Shown: positions 23,892-36,709 of the stretch, piece after piece
Layout: every line of letters starts with the position of its first letter
Numbering within the stretch: the first letter of the stretch is position 1
Assembly (NCBI GenBank): GCA_964016885.1
Contig: OZ024750.1
Span: 50,344,001 to 50,408,000, forward strand
DNA: 64,000 bases
Direction: 5' to 3'
Origin: Eledone cirrhosa
Lineage: Eukaryota
Program-made: the position numbers and the translations under genes
Notes under the pieces: generated by a model
Told to the model about the DNA's origin: nothing
Seen by the model: the letters and a program-made list of their open reading frames with translations, nothing else
Database searches by the model: none

Positions 23892-26084
23892 TACTGTATT
23901 TTAGAGCTCCGTTCATTAATTCCTGTTCGGAATCAAGCATCTATTCAAAGTTTGACATAATCCAATGGCCTAGAGCCTCAATCTCATTAGTCACTAATAT
24001 CCAATTCACCATTCAAGTCTATTGTGTAACTAACCCATTCACTGTGATTGATTTCAGTTGACTTTGTTTTAGAAATTCTGTTGGGCCGTCTTTCATGATT
24101 CCTTCTAAGCTAGTGATTCATTCTATAAATGGATTGTATTCTTTCTTTAATGCTACTCAATCTACATAACAGAACGCGTATATTTCTATCGCTTAATGAC
24201 ACACAGGTTATAATCGTAGGAATCCTTTCATGTAGTCAAAACATGTCAATTTCCATTGGCATGTATGCCTCTCTTATTCGGACTCCATACATTGCCGTGC
24301 TCCTAATAATGAAACTGAATGTATTTATACATTCTCTTATGTAATTATACATTAACATACAAATGACATTCGAAATAGCTGGAATATATATGTTGATTAT
24401 GTTGACACCGAGACAAAAATAGTAATATATCATTGTTTTATCATATCGAGTAAAAACACGTCTTTTAATATTAAGGCTGTGTTCGATCCCTGAACTGGAC
24501 ACTACATCTTTCCCTTCATCCAAACACTTTATTTCTCCTTCATGAATGGATGACTGCTGATCTTCAACAAAAGAAAAGCATATAACATATGAGAGGACGT
24601 TTAAAAGTAACTGAAACTGGGCTGTTTATGCCTCATGTTGCAATGCTATCCCATGTTTATACTTGAATTTTCTCAGAACTATTGTGTTTGTAGCCATTGT
24701 TGTTGGATAACACACAAAACAACATCCTCTCTTATAAACATATTTCCATATAAAAACACTGCATGGGCAGATTCGTTAAGATGTCAGGCAGAATTTATCT
24801 GACGATCTTCATACTATATTTATATACCACTGTGGTCGGCTTTGTAAGACATTATTTAGAGATCGATACATAAAGTACAACTACAGTAGAAGAGTCGAGT
24901 CTTTTTCCAGATTTTCTTTTTTCCCTCTGTTTCTCTCTTTCGTTTATTAGAGAAGTATTGGCTCCAGCAGGTGTAAAGTCCGTATGTGCCACTAGGATTT
25001 TATCAATAGTTCAGGAGCCATGGATGGATAAACCATATATTCATATTAAATATCCAGAAATGGAAAAATTTCTTAAACTTTAGATTCATGATTTCTAATT
25101 AAAAAAAATACCAATACAATATTATATATTTCACTTCCTTCCAACAATATTTCCTTCATGTTGTTACAGCTCACACCTTTGTTGGCTTAGCTGGCCCTTT
25201 TACGCAAGCATGTTGGTTGTTTGAATGATAGGGGGCTCCAGTTTTATCATGAAACTAACTTTCCCTGGACCGGAGACCAGTCCATTACAGGTGTTAGCAT
25301 CCAGATGCTAATGGTAATCATATTGTTTCAGTTAAGTTAAGGTGAAATGAAGCGTCTTATTCTAGAACAGAATGCACCGCCCCAGCAGCAATCGAAATCT
25401 CGAACTTCTGAACGTTAACTTCTGAACGTTAACACTGGACCCTAGAACACTCAACGCCAGTGTTGTCCTGTCCAGAAAACAGTACGTTCACAATAAAACT
25501 GATGAACTTATCATCAAAACACTCGTGAAACATCCTATGATATGTGAACACTTGGACGTTAGCAAAACCTACGAAAATGTAAGCTACAACATTATACAAA
25601 CCTGCCAATCTGTAAAACCCAAACGGGTTGTACCATGATCAAATGTGCCCCAACATTGAGGGATTTTACGTAAGGAAAGCTATACCCATTTACACAAGAG
25701 AAGAAATCTGTCACCCACACGAAAGTGGGCGGGAATTCTCCCCGTACGGCGCGGAGAGTCGACAGAACTGGTTATACCAAAATATTTTAATATTTTTCCA
25801 TCTAAGCTTTCCTTCAGCGAGTATTTAACAATAATTATTGATTATCTTTGCTCCTCCTTTCGATTTAAAGTAAATGCAACACACTGTAAATATTTAGTAT
25901 GTGTTTAAGCTATACAAAATATTTATCGGTTCAAACGAATCTGTCTTTGATAAGATGCCAAACATCTTTGCCCATTATTTCAATAACACACAACACTCAA
26001 CCAACAGCCCCGCACTCATTATGTTTAAAAATTCGAAACCATTAAATAAACTATTTCATCTCACAACATAACCATTATTCTCTT

Positions 26085-26120
<36 letters not shown>

Positions 26121-26131
26121 CATGTGTGTGT

Positions 26132-26175
<44 letters not shown>

Positions 26176-26488
26176 ATGTGTATACACATACACACCACAC
26201 ACACACACACATATATATATATATGTATGTATGTATATGAAGTCGTTATATTACATTGATGCATGCATATATATACGCATATATGTACTCGCACATATAC
26301 ACACATGTATAAATATATATGTGTGTGTCTATAAAGCTTCGATATTTATTTGACTTCTCCCTACTTGTAGTATTGAGTACATTTTAAATATTGTTTATTT
26401 GTTTTTAATTCTGCTTCCTGCAAATATGTTCAAACTGTAAATAATATTATCGCTTTTGCATTTGTTTATGTATATGTATCGGTGCTTG

Positions 26489-26523
<35 letters not shown>

Positions 26524-27090
26524 ATAGTAAACACACGCACACACATGCACTTATTCCGCCATTCTTCGTCTCGATAATTTTCGATACAACTATCGTTTGT
26601 TTACACGCTCACACATACATATCTATATATATGTATATATATGTATATATATGTATATATATATATATGTATATATATGTGTGTATGTGTGTGTGTATGT
26701 GTGTGGGTGTGTGTGTTTGTGCATATACATATGTACATATGTATGTGTATTGGGGAGTATGTAGGTAAGAATATGTTTGCTACGATTTCCTTTATGTCAT
26801 ATTTTTTCTTTATTCATCAGCGATACTTTTATCTCAAATTATTTTACCTTTGAAAAAGTTACTATCTGGAAACTATCAATAGATTTCTATGTGTTTTATA
26901 TATCTTTCTACGTCTTTTCATTTTTTTTTTTTTCCAAAAATTCAATATTTTCCGTCGATAACTTACTGTGTTTCTAGACTCCGCAATTTTCTGTGTATAT
27001 AAAAATATATATAACGAAGGAAATGTGGTAAGGAACCTGGTGCACCATAACGCACCAAACTACTCAATACTTAGGGTAGTAGAGTGGGTA

Positions 27091-27207
27091 ATAGGAACGA
27101 GTAGGACCCCGACGGGTGAGCTCAAGCCGTTTCGACGGCTTCTGGACTGAGTCCAGAATTAGCTATCGAAACGGCTTGAGCTCAGCCGTCGGGGTCCTAC
27201 TCGTTCC

Positions 27208-27210
<3 letters not shown>
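27091..27210. repeat. GC-rich fold-back palindrome (arms of about 45 bp) with an inner hairpin
   Basis: ATAGGAACGAGTAGGACCCCGACGG.TGAGCTCAAGCCGTTTCGA and its reverse complement flank TTCTGGACT-g-AGTCCAGAA. Confidence 0.9.
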
Positions 27211-27286
<76 letters not shown>

Positions 27287-27304
27287 TATAATTTGTCTAT
27301 CTAT

Positions 27305-30300
27305 CTAGGGAGAGTAACATTCCCGAGATCCATGGATGAGTTCTCTCCAGGGGTCTCTGTCCCTCATTAGCGCTGCTGTGTCCTGCGTCTCCAACAGCCC
27401 AGTGTCTGTCCTTATGGCATCAACATACGTTAACCTTGGTCTTCATCTTCCAATGTGTCCATGCAGGGTCTCCCACAGGAGCACTGAGGGCAGTGTCAAC
27501 TCCGGATGTCGATGAGCATGTTCAGCTAACATCAGTCTCCTCTGTGTCCCTTTTGAGCTGACATTTGGGAGGCTCCCATACAGCTCTGAGTCTTTCATCC
27601 TCAGTGTATACTGATTAATGTTCAGAGCCATCCTCAGTATTCTCATGTAGCACCCATCTACCATGTGAGTGAGTTTTATGGTCAGTGTCCATGCTTCAGA
27701 CCCGTACAGCAGCACAGACTCCACTACAGCAATGAAGAAGCGGATCTCTAGGTCTTCAGAAAGGCCCGACTTCCACACCAATCTCAAGCTGTGGTACGCC
27801 GTCCAGGCTTTGCTCATCCTCTCAACAACAGTATTCCCAATTTTTGCTCCCAAATACACGAAGTCCTCAACCAATTCTAGCGGCTTCCCGCCTACATTAG
27901 TGATCCCCTCTGGCTTCTCAACATTCTCTACCAGATATTTTGTTTTAATCTCATTCATTCTCAGCCCACACTCATCAACACAGTCTCAACTTCCTGCATC
28001 AAATCATATGCCTCCTTCACTGCATTTGTCACCAGAACTATGTCGTCTGCAAATTGAGCATCCGATATCTTTTTCTCCTTAACTCTCCTGCTCTGAGCCG
28101 GTTTTACAGTAAAGCCTGAGTCCTGGGGTTTCTCCAGTACAAGGCTCATACAATAGTCCACTACGATGATAAAAAGGTAGGGAGCCTATATATCTCCCTG
28201 GAGCACTCAAGCCAGTATCTCAAAGAACTCTGACATCCCATCAGATGTAATGACTTGGGTGTAGAGCAGCGATATCAGCTTCACTATCTTCTTGGCGATT
28301 CCATAAGCCTGTAAGATCTTCATCAGGCCGTGACGGACCACAGAATCAAAGGCCTTCCTAATGTCAATGAAAACCATGACAGCAGGGAGACACATTGCTC
28401 TAGCTCCCTCTAATATCCTCCTCAGCATCAGGATGTGACTGGTGGTTGATCTCCCCTCTCCGAAGCCGTTCTGGTTGTCTCTGAGCTTCTTCTCCATCTC
28501 AGACTGGATCCCGTTAAGAATCATCCCGTTGAGGGTCTTTGCCGCAAGTTACGTCATTGAGATCCCCCTGTAGTTGTTGGTTTTAGAGAGATCTCCCTTC
28601 TTTAGCACTGGGACGCTGTTACTGATCCTCCACTGATTCGGGGCAACTCCCTTCTCCAATGCCTTGTTACAGAAGCTCAGGATGATATCATCAAAATCAC
28701 ACCTCTTCATCACCTCAGATGCCACTTCATCTTCTCCATGAGCCTTGCCCTCCTTGATATTATTCTTGGCTGTCCGAAGTTCCTGTCTGGTGAAGGGCTC
28801 TGTCTCAATATCCAATTCTTCAAACAGCCGCCTGATATCTCCCCAGTGTTCTGGACTGTGGAGGGCGGCTCTCCTAGTAGGGTCCTAACATGTTCTAGCC
28901 ATTTCCCCTTTCTATCCTCGGGCCCTGTTCCCTGTTCTGACTCGAACCCTTTCTCTTCCTCCCTGTCACCTCGTTGACAATCATCCAGATCTCCTTACAT
29001 CCAGACCTGCCAACCGCTCTCTCCACACTTCTCATCTTCTCTATCAGTGCCTCCCTTCTAGCCTCAGTGTAAGCGGTACAGAGTTCTTCCCTCATCACTT
29101 CCACATTCTCCCTCCTCTCCTCCGTAGGATCAGCATAGAATTGGTCCTTGGCAGCTTTCAGTTGTTCTCTGGCTGCACACACTTTTGGGTCTGCAGAGCT
29201 GACGTGCTTCCTTTTGTTCTTTTTCCTCGGCACCAGGGTCTCACTTGCTTCTACTCTGCTCAGTCCATCCAATCTCTCTCTCCTCTGTCTCTCCACACAG
29301 TGCAATGAACTTGTTCCTCACTTCCACTGTGAACCTCTCATGTAGCTTATCATCTTCGTTGAAAGCTCCCCAGTCATAGATTACTCTCTGCGGCGGAGCC
29401 TTGCTCTTTCTTAAGCTCACCCGGACCTCACTCAAGCCGGTGGTTACTACCCAGTGTACTGAAATAGTTGTATGGTTCTATGTTAAGAACAATATTCCGC
29501 CACTTTTTCCTCACCAGAAGGAAATCAATCTGGGACTTGGACAGGTGCATATCTGAGATGTAGGTCCATATCTTTCCCGGATTCTTCCTAAACCTTAGGT
29601 TGGTCGCTATCAAGTTAGCCTCCAGAAGGGTGTCTCTCTGTAGTCTTCTATTTCGGTTGGTGTTCTTATGGAAGTACCAGCAAGGATCTTCACTGCCCTC
29701 CTTACTCAGATGTGTATTGAAGTCTCCCAGAACAAGCAGGATGTTGTGTGCCTGTGTGGTGTTGACAGCTCTACACACCTCCTCATGGAACTCTTCCGCA
29801 ATCACATCACTGTCACTCTTGGTTAGACTATAGGCTGAGATGACTCTCAGTCTTGGGTTTCCATTCAAGGTCACCCTCAACGCTTGCGGGGAAACAGGCA
29901 TTATTTCCCTCACCAATAGACTGGTTTTTGTGCTGAAAACCAAACGCACTCCTCCTACTGCAGCATTGGTCATGTTCTTCACTGCCGATGTGGTAATGAG
30001 CTGGCTCCTCTTCCCAATCATCACACTCCTCACGGGCTCATCGTGTAGGATCCTGTGTTCTTTGATCACAAGTATCTGTATACCACTCTCATGGAATAGA
30101 TGGCCCAACTCATCTCTCTTCTCCAGCGTCTGAATAGTCCTCACGTTCAAAGTGACTATTTTGATGGCTCTTCTGCAGGACAAAACTACATGGTTTATAT
30201 TTGTCTCAGAGACAGCTGATCAAACATCCACTGGCCCTCCCTGTGGCTCCAAGCCAGCAGAGTCATAATGACCAGACTGCTCCTTGACAGTGTAGTTAGG

Positions 30301-30550
30301 GGCTCTATCCCTAGTGCTGTTAGATAGGATGTCCATATTTCTTTTCAATGGCTGACAATACCTTACCGGCGCCACTCGAATAAGGTAATTATTTAACCCA
30401 TAAACGGGGCCCTAACATGTACTACTACTCTGGGCCAGAGCAGACCTGGGAGTTATGACAACTAAGGGGTAACTCTACATTCCCCACAGCTCCTGAACTC
30501 CCGAACTGGCGCCTTGGCACTGGATGTAGTTTAATGTCATACCCAGGACA
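27305..30550 (-). mobile_element. Near full-length decayed RTE-type LINE (AP endonuclease plus RT)
   Basis: IVTLNVRT, LGDFNTH, SQIDFLL and LGSNHR (APE), then NYRGIS, LRDNQNGF, FIDIRKAFDSV, VLQGD, QFADDIVL, FVYLG and ESVLLYGSEAW. Many frameshifts and a microsatellite tail. Confidence 0.92.
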
Positions 30551-30835
30551 AATATATATATATATTTATAAATGTATGTATGTGTATATACATATATACA
30601 TATATGACTTAGAGGTTAGAGCGCTGGGCTTATAATTGTGAGATTGTGAGTTCGATTTCTGGACCGGGCTACTTGAGCAAAAGACTTTCTCTCATATTGC
30701 TATCTTACTTATATTGCAGATAGGTTTGAAAGGGAGAATATATTAAAAACATGTGTACGTAAATATGTGTAAAATCCCATGTTACTAGAAATATAATTTG
30801 CCTAATTCTTCTACGTCTCAAATTTCAAAATGTTT

Positions 30836-30995
30836 AAAACAGTGGATAGTTGCTTACAGCTACTACGTATCCTAAAGGAGTAGACATATAAAACAGTGGA
30901 CAGTTGCTAACAGCTACTAAGTATCCACAGCCACCTCACATATAAAACTGTGGAAAGTTGCTTACAGCTACTAAGTATCCTAAGCAAGCACATAT
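30836..30995. repeat. Minisatellite, three units of about 54 bp
   Basis: AAAACAGTGGA.AGTTGCT.ACAGCTACTA.GTATCC occurs at about 30836, 30890 and 30943. Confidence 0.85.
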
Positions 30996-32184
30996 ATAAG
31001 TATTTACAAGGTAACAATTTACTTAACGTCGGTAATCGTATGAACCATGATGGGCAAAAATAGCTTAACGTGAATTGACAGATTCGCTAGAGCCCCGGCT
31101 TAACTATTTCTTAATATATGTTCCGACTCTCTGAGCTCTGATTTCAAATCAGAGTTTCAATTTTGCCTGTCATCCTTGAGGTCGACTGATAAACTACGAG
31201 CGTGGAGCCTGTGGGTTTACAGTTGTGTTTAACCACGGATAAATGAATATTCCCTTCTGGACAGGACGTCAATCCCCACCCTTCAACTGCTCTTGGTATT
31301 CATTTTTACCTGGGGGAAATGGATCGTGGTAAAATGGTGACTTGCTCATAGTCACAATTTGCTGCCCGGTCCAAGAGCAAGAAACTCAAATTGAAGATCG
31401 GAAGCCTAAAACTGAAACCAATCGCCCGTAAAGCCGCGAACCGTCTTTTCTATACATTAATCTGTTGTAAGATTACAGTCTTTGAGGAAAACCTATCATC
31501 CATACTTTAAATCTTCTATATGTGTTTCTTTCTTAACGGTTTATTACAGTTTTTTTTTTATATACTACTGTGTGACGTCAAGCCAGTATGTTAACATGTA
31601 TTACTGTAATGTAGTGTCTTTCAATATTAACAAAATATCTGCAGAAGTGTCTATCGATCTACTTGACAAAATATATCGAGGACTTTCTAATCTTCCGAAT
31701 ATATTTCTGTATAAACCTGTTGACATTGATTTTCAAAATCCCAGCGTTGAGATATAAATATATTCTATGTACATTTCTTTTTATGTTAGTTTCAGATTCG
31801 TATCGTTAGTATGAATGTCTCCACCTTTCAGTGCTTTTCCTCTTCTTTTCTGCCTAATACTACTCATCGCCTATCTTTATATTTTTTGTTTCTGCTCTGC
31901 TCTCGTATCAGTACTGAGATCATAGTTGTTATCAACTATATCATAAACACATTTTTTAATATATATTTTCTTTCCAATATATATTTTGCTCATTGACGTC
32001 CTTACTGCTTCAACTCTTATTTTATTATTTGGTATTATTAGAGGGAAAAAAAAATAGCTAAAGCTAAACAGCTGAAAGACCAGCAGACCAGCAATACTAT
32101 CGCTGCAATCACTATCATCGCCATTATTGCCAACACCAACATCAACATCAACATCATATTCATCATTATTATTGTTGTTTACAA

Positions 32185-32376
32185 GGGCGCTGAATTGGCA
32201 GTATCGGTAGACGGTTGGACGCCATGCTTTGACGCATAGAGTTACAGCCCTTTACAGTCTGAGTTCAAATCTCGCCGAGGTTAACTTTGCCTTTCATCCC
32301 TACGGGGTCGATAAAATAAAGTACGAGTAATGTACTGGGTAATTGCTGGCCTTGTGCCAGTAGAAACAATTATTAT
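32185..32376 (+). mobile_element. Full-length tRNA-derived SINE
   Basis: A-box, B-box, core and tail as at 14205. Confidence 0.88.
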
Positions 32377-32523
32377 TGTTGTTTGTTGTTGTAGTAGTAG
32401 TAGTAGTAGTAGTAGTAGAAACAAGAATCGCCTTCATCGACAGAGAATTATTATCGTCTTCATCACCATCATCAACATCAACATCATATTTTTCATAAAC
32501 ATTGGTCTCCCCATCAGCATTCG

Positions 32524-32652
32524 TTTCTTCTTCTTCTTCTTCTTCTTCTTCTTCTTCTTCTTCTTCTTCTTCTTCTTCTTCTTCTTCTTCTTCTTCTTCT
32601 TCTTCTTCTCCTCCTCCTCCTTCTTCTTCTTCTTCTTCTTCTTCTTCTTCTT

Positions 32653-32681
<29 letters not shown>
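32524..32681. repeat. (TTC)n microsatellite
   Basis: Direct observation. It explains the poly-F, poly-S and poly-K ORFs. Confidence 0.97.
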
Positions 32682-32683
<2 letters not shown>

Positions 32684-33771
32684 TCATCATCAATTTTCAC
32701 ACTTCCCCCATCTTCACCATCACCATCACCATCACCCTAATCACCATCACCATCAATACCATTACAAAAAACAGTTGTTTTGTTCTTGTTTTGTCTCTGT
32801 TTACCTTATTTTTTTACTATCCTTCAGAGCAGAAAAGAAATGATTCACCTGAGAAAACCAACTTATTCATCCTTATTCATCATACATCAGCAATTTTTCT
32901 TATATATATATATATGTTTGAGTGTGTGTGTGTGTGCATGCGTGGTGAGCACATGTGTGTCTGTGTGTGTGTATGTGTATGTGTGTGTGTGTGTGTGTGT
33001 ATGTGTGTGTGTGTGTGTGTGCTAGTGTGTGTGCATTTCCTTTCGTACATAATGTATTACGTCTTCTGAGTGTATTTTGGTGGTGGTGTTATAGAAAGAA
33101 AATACATATATACATGCATACATACATACATACATACATACATACATACATACATACATACATACATACATACATACATACATACATACGTACGTACATA
33201 CATACATACATACATGCATGCATACATACATAAACCAAAACCAAAAGTATTTGGCACTCAGACCTCGTTTGTTTTGATAATTGGTTCCGCCATCTGTTTT
33301 AGCCTTCACTGGTATTTCTTTTGTTTTTTTCTCTTTTTCTTTTGTTAGTTTGTTTCATGTTTTTTTCTCTTGTGTTTTTTTCTTTGTGGTTTTATTTAGC
33401 GAAGAAAAGCTTTGATTCTTTCCAAATTTCTGTTACATTTATTTCGATAACAATATTATCTCGCACAATCTGAGTACAATTCCCAGGTCAATGTATATAT
33501 AATCCTGTTTCTATATAACATCAGAAATACTTTCTTGGCGTCTCCTTATATACTGCATTGATATTCTCTTCCCTTTTCTTTTGATTTTTTCTTATCGATG
33601 CGCAAAGGGTGTTTACCTTGTAAATACAACTTAACACGTAGCAATGCATTATATGTTTGCCGAACTAATGCTAAAAGTATTATTGTTGATTAACTTATAT
33701 ATTACGTAATTAAATTATTAATCAATATGAATTGTGAATCCGTGATATAACAACGATGACATTTTTATTAA

Positions 33772-34472
33772 TCGGTAGAACGTTGGACAACATACTTCGC
33801 GGCATAAAGTTAGGCCCCTTTACGGTCTGAGTTCAAATCCCACCGAGGTTGACTTTGCCTTTCATTCTTACGGGGTCGATAAAATAAAGTACCAGTAATG
33901 CACTGGGTATTTGCTGGCCTTGTGCCTAAAGTAGAAACAATTATTTTTTACGGTGATTTGGCAGTATCGGTAGAGGGTTGGACGTCATGATTTCTAGCAT
34001 AGTTACGACCTATTAGAGTCTGAGTTCAAATCCCGTCGAGGGTAACTTTGCCTTTCATCCTTACTGGGTAATTTCTGGCCTTGTGCCAAAAGAAGAAACA
34101 ATTATATTTGTTACGCTCTTTCCTACGTTCCTCTACACACTATACATCTCATTCTACCTCTCACATCTCTCTCTTCACCACCGGATTCTGTTACCAGGAG
34201 ATTTACCCATCTGCAGTGTTGAGGCTTCCAAAACGATTAAACAAAAAAAAAAATAATAGTTTCTTATATAGGCACAAGGCCAGAAATTATGGGGAAAAGG
34301 AAAGTCGAGTAAATCGGCGCCAGTGTATGACTGGTACTTTATTTGATCGACCCTGTAAGGATGAATGACAAAGTTAACCTCGGCGGGTTTTGAACTCAGC
34401 CCGTAAAGGGCCGTAACTTAATGCTGAAAATCGTGGCGTCCGACCCTCTATCGATACTGCCAATCCACTGCC
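33772..34472. mobile_element. SINE cluster: 33772-33943 (+), 33950-34103 (+, internally deleted), 34259-34472 (-)
   Basis: B-box and core matches to 14205-14397. Confidence 0.85.
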
Positions 34473-34750
34473 CTCACAACAAATAAATAATGATACCTTT
34501 GATTTTGGATACGTTGTAGACCGTGGGGAGAGGATGAGGTTTCCGCTGTATACGGTCATTGAGGAGAAAGGTATCTCCTATTGATATTCAGGTGATATCG
34601 ATATCTATCATAATAATTTTAGTTATATATCATCCAATTTTCCAATTATAATATCCATTTGTCTCGCCTTTGATTTATGTACGAAACTCAAATTCTCAAT
34701 GTATGTTTTACAAATGACGGTATTACCTTATATTTGGTTGACTCCCCACC

Positions 34751-34895
<145 letters not shown>

Positions 34896-34989
34896 ATAAT
34901 ACAAGGACAATTTGTTACTTTTATTAATTGGTGACGCACGTTTCGCCATTGATCAGCTCAAGGTTCGATCTGGCCCGATTCTAGAATCA

Positions 34990-35460
34990 AAACCTAGTCG
35001 GTCTTCTGTCTTGTACTTCTTGCATATTCTTTCGATTGGTCTAAAATAGACCAATTTATTACGTATGGAATTCCACGTTTTTTCATCACCCACACTTTGT
35101 TTTCCAACGCCGTGGTTTTCTTTTGTTCATGGTGTCTGAAAGAAGTGACGTGTGCGTAATGTAATTGTTTGAATTTATCTTGAGTCATTCCTACATATCG
35201 CTCGTAGCTGGTTGGTTGGTTGGTGTTTAAACGTGTCACTGTTGCCTCATATACAATAGATTTTATGTTACATTTGCCCTGTAAGGGACATTCTCCTGCA
35301 TTACTTCATGAACTTGGTAGCTATATTATGCCTACAGAAAATTGGTCTTTAGGCATAAAAGAGCTACCAAGTTCAAAAATTTCAAACCAGCGTGATTCGA
35401 GCCAGCAATCCCAAAATTAGAACTGAACCATCTGTATTTTAACGTATGGAATACACACCA
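34990..35460 (-). mobile_element. PLE GIY-YIG fragment
   Basis: ECPLQGKCNIKSIVYEA...RYVGMTQDKFKQLHYAHVTSFRH..TALENKVW..YVINWSIL, related to 46560-46860. Confidence 0.85.
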
Positions 35461-35964
35461 TCGCACCGCTATTAGCTGTCAAACAGCTAACTGGTCACTA
35501 GATCATAAATTTCTTAACATCTCTTTCACCGCCCTCTCCCTGAAACCCCATTAAGACAACACAATCAGCAAAACATTTACCACACACATTTGTCAAACCT
35601 CCCTTCACCATCCACCCTTAGCCCTTGTATCTCATACTAGTATCGCCCAATTAATCTCTAATTTATTGCTTTTTCTTTCATCTGTCACTACATCAGACTC
35701 TCTACACGTATCTATGTATGTTTCGAATATGACTTTTCATGTTAACACTAAACCCACCACAAAATCCTTACTCACCACCACCACTATCATATTCTGTAAC
35801 TTACATGCACTCACCCTTATTTCTTCATATTTTTCCATTTCCTTACTTTTTTACTGTATCTTTTTTTCTTATCTTTATATTTTATATATATTTTATTATT
35901 GATGTTATTGTTTTGATTATACGCTATTTCTCTATATATATCTTGCCTTGAGCGATTTGTTTTT

Positions 35965-36075
35965 GTATTCTGATGAGTTGATCAGAGGTAAACAATGGAA
36001 TGGAAATCGAGTGATGCAACTTCGAGTGATTAGCGGCCCCTAGACTCACCTGATCAATGAAACAATTGTCAATAT
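35965..36075 (+). ncRNA. Type I hammerhead ribozyme with long stem II
   Basis: GTATT-CTGATGA-GTTGATCAG...CTGATCAAT-GAAAC-AATT-GTC-AATAT. Confidence 0.83.
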
Positions 36076-36286
36076 ATGAAATAAAACTCCTTGTTGTACA
36101 GCTAACCATGTTACTCTTCATTCTTTCACTATTATTACTGCAAGTATAACATAGGAATTACCACCAACTAGATGCCTAACTATGGAAACATCTTGTTGAG
36201 TTAAACAAAGCTGTACGTTAAAACTATGCACGTCGCAGAGTACTCTTAACCTCTAACTGAATTACCTATAACGGTAACTTGTTACC

Positions 36287-36369
<83 letters not shown>

Positions 36370-36589
36370 TATTATCATTTATTTTGTTTTGACCTGTTTA
36401 GCTTGATTTAGTTTTTCGCTTGGGTGGTTAATGCATTCTTGACCACCTTTTCAGTCTTGTGTGGCTTCCTAACACGTTGTTTAGTTCTGCTTTTTAACTA
36501 TTGAGTACTTTGCCAGTATCATTTCTGAATTTTGTGTTTCGCATCGCCTTTCCTGCCCGCCGAAATGCGATTCTCGCTGAATCTTTATT

Positions 36590-36634
<45 letters not shown>

Positions 36635-36709
36635 TATAGTAATAATAATAAATTTGAAGACTAAAATCCAAAGAGGGCTCGATAAGGATAAATATATATC
36701 AAATATTTA

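Noticed and set aside
30836-30995. CRISPR array
   Set aside because: Only three units, spacers of about 16 bp sharing a CATAT end, eukaryotic context and no cas genes
32330-32843. Poly-F, poly-S and poly-K ORFs
   Set aside because: Frames of a (TTC)n tract
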